Assembly (NCBI GenBank): GCA_964016885.1
Contig: OZ024743.1
Span: forward strand, 84,568,001 to 84,632,000
Direction of reading: 5' to 3'
DNA length: 64,000 nucleotides
From: Eledone cirrhosa
Taxonomy: Eukaryota
The notes beneath the pieces were generated by a model, which saw only the letters and a list, made by a program, of their open reading frames with translations, made no database searches and was not told where the DNA came from. A program made the translations under genes and the position numbers. Of this stretch, positions 25,501 through 41,679 are shown one piece after another. Position 1 is the stretch's first letter. The number at the start of each line of letters is the position of its first letter.

Positions 25501-28500
25501 TACACTATATCACACACTACACTACATCATATCACACACAACACTACACTCTATTATACACTACACTACACTATATTACACACAGAACTACACTATATCA
25601 CACACAACACTACACTATATTACACACTATATTACACACTATACTACACTATATTACATACTATACTATATCACACACATACTACACTATATGACACACA
25701 ACACTACACTATGTGACACAAAACACTACACTATATCATATCACTACACTATATCACACACTACGCTACACTATATTACACACTACACTATATCACACAC
25801 TACACTACACTATATCACACGCAACACTACACTATATTACACGCAACACTACACTATATCACACACTACACTACACTATATCACACACTACACTACACTA
25901 TATCACACACTACACTACACCACACACTACACTACACCACACACTACACTACACTATATCTCACACAACACTACGCAATATCACACATAACACTACACTA
26001 TATGACACACTACACTACACTATATCACACACTACACTACACTATATCACACACAACACTACACTATATCACACACTACACTACACTATATCACACACAA
26101 CACTACATTATAACACACACAACACTACACTATATCATATCACTACACTATATCTCACACTACATTACACTATATTACACACTATACTATATCACACACA
26201 ACACTACACTATATGACACACTACACTACACTATATCACACACAACACTACACTATATCACACACAACACTACACTATATTACACACTACACTACACTAT
26301 ATTACACACAACACTACACTATATGACACACAACACAACACTATATGACACACAACACAACACTATATGACACACAACACTACACTATATGATACACAAC
26401 ACTACACTATATGACACACTATACTACATTATATCACACACTACACTATATTACACACTACACTACACTATATTACACACTACACTATATCACACACAAC
26501 ACTACACTATATCACCCACAACACTACACTATATCACACACAACAGTACACTATATTACACACAACACTACACGATATTACACACTACACTACACTATAT
26601 GACACACAACACTACACTATATGACACACAACACTACACTATGTGACACACAACACTACACTATATCATATCACTACACTACACTATATTACACACTACA
26701 CTATATCACACACTACACTACACTATATCACACACTACACTATATTACACATTACACTATATCACACACAACACTACACTATATCATACACAACAATACA
26801 CTATATTACACACAACACTACACTATATTACACACAACACTAAACTATATCACACACAACACTAAACTATATCACACACATCACTACAGTATATCATATC
26901 ACTACACTATATTACACACTATACTACACTATATTACACACTACACTGCACTATATCACACACTACACTACACTATATATCACACAACACAACACTTTAT
27001 TACACACAACACTACACTATATCGCACACTACACTACACTATATCACACACTACACTACACTATATCACACACTACACTACACCACACACAACACTACAC
27101 TATATTACACGCAACACTACACTATATCGCACACTACACTACACTATATCGCACACTACACTACACCACACACTACACTACACTATATCACACACTACAC
27201 TACACCACACACTACACTACACTATATCACACACAACACTACGCAATATCACACATAACACTACACTATATGACACACTACACTACACTATATCACACAC
27301 TACACTACACTATATCACACACAACACTATATCACACACTACACTACACTATATCACACACTACACTACACTATATCACACACAACACTACATTATAACA
27401 CACACAACACTACACAATATCATATCACTACACTATATCTCACACTACATTACACTATATTACACACTATACTATATCACACACAACACTACACTATATG
27501 ACACACTACACTACACTATATGACACACTATACTACATTATATCACACACTACACTATATTACACACTACACTACACTATATTACACACTACACTATATC
27601 ACACACAACACTACACTATATCACACGCAACACTACACTATATCACACACTACACTAAACTATATCTCACACTACACTATATCACCCACTACACTAAACT
27701 ATATGACACATAACACTACATTATATCTCCCACTACACTATATCACACACAACACTACACTATATTACACACTACACTACAGTATATTACACACAACACT
27801 ACACTATATGACACACAACACAACACTATATGACACACAACACAACACTATATGACACACAACACTACACTATATGACACACAACACTACACTATATGAC
27901 ACACAACACTACACTATATGACACACTTATACTACATTATATCACACACTACACTATATCACACACTACACTACACTATATTACACACTACACTATATCA
28001 CACACAACACTACACTATATTACACACTACACTACACTATATCACACACTACACTACACTATATTACACACTACACTGCACTATATCACACACTACACTA
28101 CACTATATCACACACAACACAACACTTTATTACACACAACACTACACTATATCACACACAACACTACACTATATTACACACAACACTACACTATGTGACA
28201 CACAACACTACACTATATCATATCACTACACTATATCACACACTACACTACACTATATCATATCACTACACTATATGACACACTACACTACACTATATTA
28301 CACACTACACTACACTATATGACACACAACACTACACTATATGACACACAACACTACACTATGTGACACACAACACTACACTATATCAAATCACTACACT
28401 ACACTATATTACACACTACACTATATCACACACTACACTACACTATATCACACACTACACTACACTATATCACACACTACACTATATTACACATTACACT

Positions 28501-31500
28501 ATATCACACACAACACTACACTATATCATACACAACAATACACTATATTACACACAACACTACACTATATTACACACAACACTAAACTATATCACACACA
28601 ACACTAAACTATATCACACACATCACTACAGTATATCATATCACTACATTATATTACACACTATACTACACTATATTACACACTACACTGCACTATATCA
28701 CACACTACACTACACTATATATCACACAACACAACACTTTATTACACACAACACTACACTATATCACACACAACACTACACTATATTACACACAACACTA
28801 CACTATGTTACACACAACACTACACTATATTACACACAACACTACACTATGTTACACACAACACTACACTATATTACACACAACACTACACTATGTTACA
28901 CACAACACTACACTATATCACACACTACACTACACTATATCACACACTACACTACACTATATCACACACTACACTACACTATATTACACACTACACTACA
29001 CCACACACACCACTACACTATATCACACACTACACTACAATATATCACACAAAACACTACACTATATTACACACTACACTACACTATATTACAAACTACA
29101 CTACACTATATTACACACTACACTACACTATATTACAAAGAACGCTACACTATATTACACACTACACTAAACTATATCACACACATCACTACAGTATATC
29201 ACACACTACACTACACTATATCACACACTACACTATATCACACACTTCACTACACTATATCACACACAACACTACACTATATCACACACAACACTACACT
29301 AAATCACACACAACACTACACTATATCACACACAACACTACACTATATTACACACTATACTACACTATATCACACACTACACTACATCATATCACACACA
29401 ACACTACACTCTATTATACACTACACTATATTACACACAGCACTACACTATATCACACACAACACTACACTATATTACACACTATATTACACACTATACT
29501 ACACTATATTACATACTATACTATATCACACACAGCACTACACTATATGACACACAACACTACACTATGTGACACACAACACTACACTATATCATATCAC
29601 TACACTATATCACACACTACGCTACACTATATTACACACTACACTATATCACACACTACACTACACTATATCACACACAACACTACACTATATTACACGC
29701 AACACTACACTATATCGCACACTACACTACACTATATCACACACTACACTACACCACACACTACACTACACTATATCACACACAACACTACGCAATATCA
29801 CACATAACACTACACTATATGACACACTACACTACACTATATCACACACTACACTACACTATATCACACACAACACTACATTATAACACACACAACACTA
29901 CACAATATCATATCACTACACTATATCTCACACTACATTACACTATATTACACACTATACTATATCACACACAACACTACACTATATGACACACTACACT
30001 ACACTATATGACACACTATACTACATTATATCACACACTACACTATATTACACACTACACTACACTATATTACACACTACACTATATCACACACAACACT
30101 ACACTATATCACACGCAACACTACACTATATCACACACTACACTAAACTATATCTCACACTACACTATATCACCCACTACACTACACTATATGACACATA
30201 ACACTACATTATATCTCCCACTACACTATATCACACACAACACTACACTATATTACACACTACACTACAGTATATTACACACAACACTACACTATATGAC
30301 ACACAACACAACACTATATGACACACAACACAGCACTATATGACACACAACACTACACTATATGACACACAACACTACACTATATGACACACAACACTAC
30401 ACTATATGACACACTTATACTACATTATATCACACACTACACTATATCACACACTACACTACACTATATTACACACTACACTATATCACACACAACACTA
30501 CACTATATTACACACTACACTACACTATATCACACACTACACTACACTATATTACACACTACACTGCACTATATCACACACTACACTACACTATATCACA
30601 CACAACACAACACTTTATTACACACAACACTACACTATATCACACACAACACTACACTATATTACACACAACACTACACTATGTGACACACAACACTACA
30701 CTATATCATATCACTACACTATATCACACTCTACACTACACTATATGACACACAACACTACACTATATCATATCACTACACTATATGACACACTACACTA
30801 CACTATATTACACACTACACTATATCACACACAACACTACACTATATCACACACAACACTACACTATATCACACACAACACTACACTATATTACACACTA
30901 TACTACACTATATCACACACTACACTACATCATATCACACACAACACTACACTCTATTATACACTACACTATATTACACACAGCACTACACTATATCACA
31001 CACAACACTACACTATATTACACACTATATTACACACTATACTACACTATATTACATACTATACTATATCACACACAGCACTACACTATATGACACACAA
31101 CACTACACTATGTGACACACAACACTACACTATATCATATCACTACACTATATCACACACTACGCTACACTATATTACACACTACACTATATCACACACT
31201 ACACTACACTATATCACACACAACACTACACTATATTACACGCAACACTACACTATATCGCACACTACACTACACTATATCACACACTACACTACACCAC
31301 ACACTACACTACACCACACACTACACTACACTATATCACACACAACACTACGCAATATCACACATAACACTACACTATATGACACACTACACTACACTAT
31401 ATCACACACTACACTACACTATATCACACACAACACTACATTATAACACACACAACACTACACAATATCATATCACTACACTATATCTCACACTACATTA

Positions 31501-34500
31501 CACTATATTACACACTATACTATATCACACACAACACTACACTATATGACACACTACACTACACTATATGACACACTATACTACATTATATCACACACTA
31601 CACTATATTACACACTACACTACACTATATTACACACTACACTATATCACACACAACACTACACTATATCACACGCAACACTACACTATATCACACACTA
31701 CACTAAACTATATCTCACACTACACTATATCACCCACTACACTACACTATATGACACATAACACTACATTATATCTCCCACTACACTATATCACACACAA
31801 CACTACACTATATTACACACTACACTACAGTATATTACACACAACACTACACTATATGACACACAACACAACACTATATGACACACAACACAGCACTATA
31901 TGACACACAACACTACACTATATGACACACAACACTACACTATATGACACACAACACTACACTATATGACACACTTATACTACATTATATCACACACTAC
32001 ACTATATCACACACTACACTACACTATATTACACACTACACTATATCACACACAACACTACACTATATTACACACTACACTACACTATATCACACACTAC
32101 ACTACACTATATTACACACTACACTGCACTATATCACACACTACACTACACTATATCACACACAACACAACACTTTATTACACACAACACTACACTATAT
32201 CACACACAACACTACACTATATTACACACAACACTACACTATGTGACACACAACACTACACTATATCATATCACTACACTATATCACACACTACACTACA
32301 CTATATGACACACAACACTACACTATATCATATCACTACACTATATGACACACTACACTACACTATATTACACACTACACTATATCACACACAACACTAC
32401 ACTATATCACACACAACACTACACTATATTACACACTACACAACACTATATCACAGACAACACTACACTATATGACACACAACACTACACTATGTGACAC
32501 ACAACACTACACTATATCATATCACTACACTATATCACACACTACACTACACTCTATTACATACTATACTATATCACACACAGCACTACACTATATTACA
32601 CACTACACTATAACACACACAACACTACACTATATTACACACTACACTATATCACACACAACACTACGCTATATCACACACAACACTACACTATATCACC
32701 CACTACACTACACTATATCACACACAACACTACACTATATTACACACTACACTACACTATATCACAGACAACACTACACTATGTGACACACAACACTACA
32801 CTATATCATATCACTACACTATATCACACACTACACTATATTACACACTACACTACACTATATCACAAGCAACAGTACACTATATCACACGCAACACTAC
32901 ACTATATCACACACTACACTACACTATATCACACACTACACTATATCACACACTACACTACACTATATCACACACTACACTATACTATATCACACACAAC
33001 ACTACAATATATCACACACAACACTACACTATATCACACACAACACTACACTATATCACACACAACACTACACTATATCACACACAACACTACATTATAA
33101 TGCACACAACACTACACTATAACACACACAACACTACACTATGTCATATCACTACACTATATCCTACACTACACTATATTACACACTACACTACACTATA
33201 TGACACACAACACTACACTATATGACACACAACACTACACTATGTCACACACTACACTACACTATATCACACACTACACTACACTATATCACACACTACA
33301 CTACACTATATCACACACTACACTACACTATATCACACACTACACTACACTATATCACACACTACACTATATCACACACTTCACTACACTAGATTACACA
33401 CTACACTACACTATATTACACACAACACTACACTATATGACACCGAACACTACACTATATGACACACTACACTATATCACACACTACACTATATCACACA
33501 CTACACTACACTATTACACACTACACTACACCACACACACCACTACACTATATCACACACTACACTACGCTATATCACACACAACACTACACTATTTTAC
33601 ACACTACACTACACTATATTACACACTACACTATATTACACACAACACTAATCTATATCACACACATCACTACAGCATATCATATCACTACACTATATTA
33701 CACACTATACTACACTATATTACACACTACACTACACTATATCACACACTACACTACACTATATTACACACTACACTGCACTATATCACACACAACACTA
33801 CACTATATTACACACAACACTACACTATATCACACACTACATTAAACTTTATTACACACAACACTACACTATATCACACACAACTCTACACTATATGACA
33901 CACAACACTACACTATATCACACACAACACTACACTATATTACACACTATATCGCACACAACATTACAATATATCACACACAACACTACACTATATTACA
34001 CACTATACTACACTATATCACACACTACACTACATTATATCACACACAACGCTACACTCTATTATACACTACACTACACTACACACAGCACTACACTATA
34101 TCACACACAACACTACACTATATTACACACTATATTACACACTATATCACACACTACACTACATTATATCACACACAACGCTACACTCTATTATACACTA
34201 CACTACACTACACACAGCACTACACTATATTACACACAACACTACACTATATTACATACTATACTATATCACACACAGCACTACACTATATTACACACTA
34301 CACTATATCACACACAACACTACACTATATGACACACAACACTACACTATATCATATCACTACACTATATGACACACTACACTACACTATATTACACACT
34401 ACACTATATCACACACAACACTACACTATATCACACACAACACTACACTATATCACCCACTACACTACACTATATCACACACAACACTACACTATATTAC

Positions 34501-36908
34501 ACACTACACTACACTATATCACAGACAACACTACACTATATGACACACAACACTACAGTATATCATATCACTACACTATATCACACACTACACTACACTA
34601 TATTACACACTACACTACACTATATCACACGCAACACTACACTATATCACACGCAACACTACACTATATCACACACTACACTACACTATATCACACACTA
34701 CACTACACTATATCACACACTACACTATACTATATCACACACAACACTACACTATATCACACACAACACTACACTATATCACACACAACACTACATTATA
34801 ATGCACACAACACTACACTATAACACTCACAACACTACACTATATCATATCACTACACTATATCACACACTACACTACACTATATTACACACTACACTAC
34901 ACTATATGACACACAACACTACACTATATGACACACAACACTACACTATATGACACACTACACGACACTATATCACACACTACACTACACTATATCACAC
35001 ACAACACTACACTATATCACACACTACACTACACTATATCACACACAACACTACATTATAACACACACAACACTACATTATAACACACACAACACTACAC
35101 TATATCATATCATTACACTATATCTCACACTACATTACACTATATTACACACTATACTATATCACACACAACACTACACTATATGACACACTACACTACA
35201 CTATATCACACACAACACTACACTATATCACACACAACAATACACTATATCACACACAACACTACACTCTATTACACACAACACTATATAGCACAGACAA
35301 CACCACACTATATCACACGCAACACTACACTATATCACACACTACACTAAACTATATCTCACACTACACTATATCACCCACTACACTACACTATATGACA
35401 CACAACACTACACTATATCTCCCACTACACTATATCACACATAACACTACACTATATTACACACTACACTACACTATATTACACACAACACTACACTATA
35501 TGACACACAACACAACACTATATGACACACAACACTACACTATATGACACACAACACTACACTATATGACACACTATACTACATTATATCACACACTACA
35601 CTATATCACACACTACACTACACTACACACTACACTATATCACACACAACACTACACTATATCACACACTACACTACACTATATCACACACAACACTACA
35701 CTATATTACACACTACACTAGACTACACACTACACTACACTATATTACACACTACACTATATCACACACTACACTACACTATATTACACACTACACTGCA
35801 CTATATCACACACTACACTACACTATTTCACACTACACTACACCACACACACCACTACACTATATCACACACTACACTACACTATATCACACACAACACT
35901 ACACTACACTATATTACACACTACACTATATTACACACAACACTAAACTATATCACACACATCACTACAGTATATCATATCACTACACTATATTACACAC
36001 TATACTACACTATATTACACACTACACTACACTATATCACACACTAGACTACACTATATTACACACTACACTGCACTATATCACACACTACGCTACACTA
36101 TATCACACACAACACTACACTATATTACACACAACACTACACTATATCACACACTACACTAAACTATATTACACACAACACTACACTATATCACACACTA
36201 CGCTACACTATATCACACACTACACTATATCACACACTACACTATCTCACACACTTCACTACACTATATCACACACAACACTACACTATATCACACACAA
36301 CACTACACTATATCACACACAACACTACACTATATCACACACAACACTACACTATATTACACACTATATCGCACACAACACTACACTATATCACACACAA
36401 CACTACACTATATTACACACTATACTACACTATATCACACACAACACTACACTATATCACACACAACACTACATTATATTACACACTACACTATATCACA
36501 CACTACACTACACTAAATCACACACTTCACTACACTATATCACACACAACACTACACCATATCACACACAACACTACACCATATCACACACAACACTACA
36601 CCATATCACACACAACACTACACTATATCACACATAACACTACACCATATCACACACAACACTACACTATATCACACATAACACTACACTATATCACACA
36701 CAACACTACACTATATCACACACAACACTACACTATATCACACACAACACTACACTATATCACACACAACACTATACCATATCACACACAACACTATACC
36801 ATATCACACACAACACTATACCATATCACACACAACACTATACCATATCACACACTACACTATACCATATCACACACTACACTATACCATATCACACACT
36901 ACACTACC
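19515..36908. repeat. 17-kb complex satellite built on ACACT pentamers (22-bp and 17-bp units) with higher-order duplications
   Basis: Units ATATCACACACAACACTACACT, ATATCACACACTACACTACACT and ATATCACACACTACACT; identical pseudo-translations recur at kb offsets. Confidence 0.98.
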
Positions 36909-36918
36909 TTCTGCTGTC

Positions 36919-37152
36919 CAAGGGCACTTCTGGCGGGGCCCAACCCTCTCCAGGTCTGACCACAGCCAGTTTTTTTCTATAAAGGAAGAATCGACCCCCA
37001 GTACTGGACTGGTACTTGTTTTATCTACCCCAAAAGGATGAAAGGCAAAGTTGACCCCGGTGGGATTTGAACTCAGAGCACGCAAAGAGGTGGGATGAAT
37101 ACCATAAAGTATTCTATCGGACATCTTAACAACTCTGCCAATATGCTCTCTT
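36919..37152 (-). mobile_element. Nin-domain SINE variant with a different 3' end, flanked by a ~30-bp direct repeat
   Basis: CTGGTACTTGTTTTATCTACCCCAAAAGGATGAAAGGCAAAGTTGAC..GGATTTGAACTC; flanks ATATCACACACTACACTACCTTCTGCTGTC and ATATCACACATTGCAGTACCTTCTGCTGTC. Confidence 0.8.
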
Positions 37153-37236
37153 ATATCACACATTGCAGTACCTTCTGCTGTCAACAATCTCCAGATTTAA
37201 ATCAATGTTTACCTTATTACTATAAAGTCTGATAAA

Positions 37237-38100
37237 GTACCCTCTCCCTACCCTGTTTAAATCCCACCCATACACCCTACCCTGTTTAAGTCCCACCCAA
37301 ACACCCTACCCTCTCCCTACCCTGTTTAAATCCCACCCATACACCCTAGCCTCTCCCTACCCTGTTTAAATCCCACCCATACACCCTCCTCTCTCCCTAC
37401 CCTGTTTAAATCCCACCCATACACCCTACCCTCTCCCTACCCTGTTTAAATCCCACCCATACACCCTACTCTCTCCCTACCCTGTTTAAATCCCACTCAT
37501 ACACCCTAGCCTCTCCCTACCCTGTTTAAATCCCACCCATACACCCTAGCCTCTCCCTACCCTGTTTAAATCCCACCCATAGACCCTAGCCTCTCCCTAC
37601 CCTGTTGAAATCCCACCCATAGACCCTACCTTCTCCCTACCCTGTTGAAATCCCACCCATAGACCGTACCCTCTCCCTACCCTGTTTAAGTCCCACCCAT
37701 ACACCCTACCCTCTCCCTACCCTGTTTAAATTCCACCCATACACCCTACCCTCTCCCTACCCTGTTTAAACCCCACCCATCTACCCCCTCTCTCCCTTAC
37801 CCTGTATAAACCCCACCCATCTACCCCCTCCCACACTCTGCTTAAACCCCACCCATACTCTATTTAAAACTCCGCCCATCTACCCCCCTCTTAACCTATT
37901 TAAAACCAACCAATCTCCCCTCTCTCTCTCCCTATTTAAATCCCACCCGCTACCCCCCCCCATACCCTGTTTAAAACCTACCCACCTACCCTTCCCTCTC
38001 TTCCCCCACACTGTTTTTACCCCTCTCATACTCTGTTTATAGCCCCCCCCTACTGTTTTCCCCCTCCCCATCTACCCTCCCCTCTCTTCTGCACTGTTAC
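37237..38100. repeat. 40-bp C-rich minisatellite, ~12 regular copies then decaying
   Basis: Unit ACACCCTACCCTCTCCCTACCCTGTTTAAATCCCACCCAT, regular over 37301-37780. Confidence 0.95.
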
Positions 38101-38221
38101 CCCCCACCACCCTTTACTACTACAACAACAGAATATTTCAACCTTCTACTATCACTTTATCTGCTTTTATTTATTGCAAGTCAGCTTATAGTCTGACAAC
38201 AACAACTACAACAACAGTATA

Positions 38222-39800
38222 AGCGTGTGTATGAGTGAATGTGTGTCTTATGTATGTTTGAATGTTTGTGTATGTGAATGTGTGAATGTTTGCGTGTATG
38301 TGTGTATGTGAATGTTTTTGTGTGTGTATGTGAATATGAGTGAATGTTTGTGAGAATGTGTGTGAATGTTTTTGTGTGTGTATGTGAATATGAGTGAATG
38401 TTTGTGTGTATGTGAATGTGTGTGTATGTGAATATGAGTGAATGTTTGTGTGAATGTTTTTGTGTGTGTATGTGAATATGAGTGAATGTTTGTGTGTATG
38501 TGAATATGAGTGAATGTTTGTGTGAATGTGTGTGAATGTTTTTGTGTGTGTATGTGAATATGAGTGAATGTTTGTGTGAATGTGTGTGTATGTGAATATG
38601 AGTGAATGTTTGTGTGAATGTGTGTGTATGTGAATATGAGTGAATATTTGTGTGAATGTGTGTGAATGTTTTTGTGTGTGTATGTGAATATGAGTGAATG
38701 TTTGTGTGAATGTGTGTGAATGTTTTTGTGTGTGTATGTGAATATGAGTGAATGTTTGTGTGTGTGTGAATGTTTTTGTGTGTGTATGTGAATATGAGTG
38801 AATGTTTGTGTGTGAGTGAATGTGTTGTGTGTATGTGAATGTGTGTGAATGTGTGTGTATGTGAATATGAGTGAATGTTTGTGTGTGTATGTGAATGTGT
38901 GTGAATGTTTTTGTGTGTCTATGTGAATATGAGTGAATGTTTGCGTGTATGTGTGAATGTTTTTGTGTGTGTATGTGAATATGAGTGAATGTTTGTGTGA
39001 TGTGTGTGAATGTTTTTGTGTGTGTATGTGAATGTGAGTGAATGTTTGTGTGTGTGTGAATGTTTTTGTGTGTGTATGTGAATATGAGTGAATGTTTGTG
39101 TGTGAGTGAATGTGTTGTGTGTATGTGAATGTGTGTGAATGTGTGTGTATGTGAATATGAGTGAATGTTTGCGTGTATGTGAATGTGTGTGAATGTTTTT
39201 GTGTGTCTATGTGAATATGAGTGAATGTTTGCGTGTATGTGTGAATGTTTTTGTGTGTGTATGTGAATATGAGTGAATGTTTGTGTGATGTGTGTGAATG
39301 TTTTTGTGTGTGTATGTGAATATGAGTGAATGTTTGTGTGTATGTGAATGTGTGTCTGTGAATATGAGTGAATGTTATTGTGTGTGTGGATGTTATTGTG
39401 TGTGTATGTGAATATGAGTGAATGTTTGTGTGTATGTGAATGTTTTTGTGTGTGTATGTGAATATGAGTGAATGTTTATGTGAATGTGTGTGAATGTTTT
39501 TGTGTGTGTATGTGAATGTGTGAATGTTTGCGTGTATGTTTGTGTGTATGTGTATATGTTTATTTGTGTATAAGTGTGTATGTAAGTGTGTATGTGGGAA
39601 TATGTGTATGTGTGAATGTCTGTGTGAGTATGTGCATATTTATGTATGTTTGTGTGTGAATGTTTGTGTGAGTATGTGTATGTGTGAATGTTTGAGTATG
39701 TATATGTGTGAATGTTTGTGTAAGTATGTGTTTACGGGTGAATGTTTGTGTATGTGTATATGTGTATATGTTTCTGTGTGAGTATGTGTATATGTGATGT
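38222..39800. repeat. TG-rich complex tandem repeat
   Basis: Recurrent GTGTGTATGTGAATATGAGTGAATGTTT. Confidence 0.95.
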
Positions 39801-40437
39801 GGTGGTTGCTGTTGTTTTGTATGTTTGTTTTATTTTATATATTCAGCTTTGTTTTTTTATGTTGTTGTTTTCGTTCTTGTTTATGTTTTATGTTGTTGTT
39901 TGTTTTTATGTTGTTGTTTTCAAACCCTGAACAACTGACCTTAATTTGAAAAATTTGACAACAAACACTGGCACTACATGTACACGCGAGCGCACACACA
40001 TACACACATACACACATACATACACATACACACATACATACATACATATGACAAGTCTATGTTTGTAAACAACATTTATGCTCTCTCTCTCCCTCCTTCC
40101 TTCCCTGCTCTCATCCCTCTCCCCATATCTATCACACACCCCTCTCGCTCTCTCCCACCATCTCTATTTTCCCTTAGTATATATAATATATATATGTATA
40201 TATATCTGTGTGTGTATGTATCTCTCCCCCCTCTCATTCTCTCTCTATCACACCATCCTCTCACTATAACCAGTTATACAACTCCCTGACATAACATACA
40301 TGCCCCCTATGTACCCAGTTTGGTTAAACCTTACTATGCAGAGATTGTAATTACCTCCACCACCACCTCTACTCCATTTGTGGGTCATGTTGCCCTAACA
40401 TTTAGGGCAACACACACTAGTTGTTCTACATTTTAAA

Positions 40438-40700
40438 CACTGTACTGTATTTCACTATACTGTATTATATTGTACTGTATTGTATTATATTTTATGTACT
40501 GTACTGTACTGTACTGTACTATACTGTACTGTGCCATACTATACTGTACCATACTATACTGTATTGACTGTACTGTACCATACTGTACTGTACCATACTG
40601 TACTGAACCATACTGTACTGTACCATACTGTACTGAACCATACTGTACTGTACCATACTGTACTTATACTGTACCGTTCTATATTGTACTGTATTCTATT
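40438..40700. repeat. (ACTGT)n/(ACCAT)n pentamer tract
   Basis: Direct reading. Confidence 0.9.
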
Positions 40701-40711
40701 GGACTTCTGTT

Positions 40712-41000
40712 GGTTACGATGTTGAGTGTTCCAGTTGTTCAATCAATAGAACAGCTTACTTGTGGAATTGATATGCAAGGGGATAAGCATTCCACAGACA
40801 TGTGTTTCCCTAACATAGCTCTCAGGGACATTCAGCATGACCTATTATATGACAAGGCTGTTTCTTTGAATTACAAGTACACCTGCATTTTTGCCCTCTC
40901 TGTGGACTGGAGATACTTAAAATAAAGGGTCCTGGACAAGAATCAAACTCACAACCTTACAATCATGAGACAAACACCATAACCACTAAGTTACATGCTA
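40712..41000 (-). mobile_element. Diverged tRNA-derived CORE-type SINE
   Basis: CATTTTTGCC..GTGGACTGGAG..AAATAAAG (CORE-like, shared with 53160-53225); reverse-complement head GAATCAAACTC..AACCACTAAG. Confidence 0.65.
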
Positions 41001-41313
41001 TACTATACTATTCTATATGTCCCAGCTGATTTTAAAGTTTTCTTTTTTGTTTTGTTTTCTGTTTTTTATTACTTTACACAGAAAACCACTTCATAGTTAA
41101 TCATAAATCTATCTTACATTTCAAACTAAATATAGCTGTATTGTTCAACCTTCTGTTTAATAGCTTTCAACTTTTCCTTTTCAATATACATATGTATGTG
41201 TATTGTATGTATTTATGCATGTATATATGTGTATTGTATGTATGTATGTATGCATGTGTATATGTGTGTGTGTATATACACTTGCTTTGTATATATAGGA
41301 TATACATGTGTGT

Positions 41314-41352
<39 letters not shown>

Positions 41353-41404
41353 TACACACATACATGCTTTATATTTATATATTTATGTGTGTGTATATAA
41401 ATAG

Positions 41405-41438
<34 letters not shown>

Positions 41439-41679
41439 GATATATTGTATATCTTTTCAATCAAAACATTGGTTATATACTTGTTATTGTTGCTTTTTTT
41501 TCTACTTATTTTATTTTTCAAAGCACCTTTCTCTGGGTTGTAAGAAAAGTGCTGCCAACTTGTGGCAAATAAAAGAAGGCATTATTATTATTATTAACAC
41601 ACACATATACTCACACACAGCGTAGCAAATTAAATGCCAGCCACTGTTTTGCTATAGTTTTTTCACCATCCCCTTACGA

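Noticed and set aside
19562-36047. Numerous His/Thr/Tyr-rich ORFs (possible histidine-rich structural protein)
   Set aside because: All three frames give the same pseudo-peptide because the strand is nearly G-free and has few stops; 17/22-bp units do not preserve frame
37237-38100. Telomeric repeat
   Set aside because: CCCTA-containing but not (CCCTAA)n; 40-bp period
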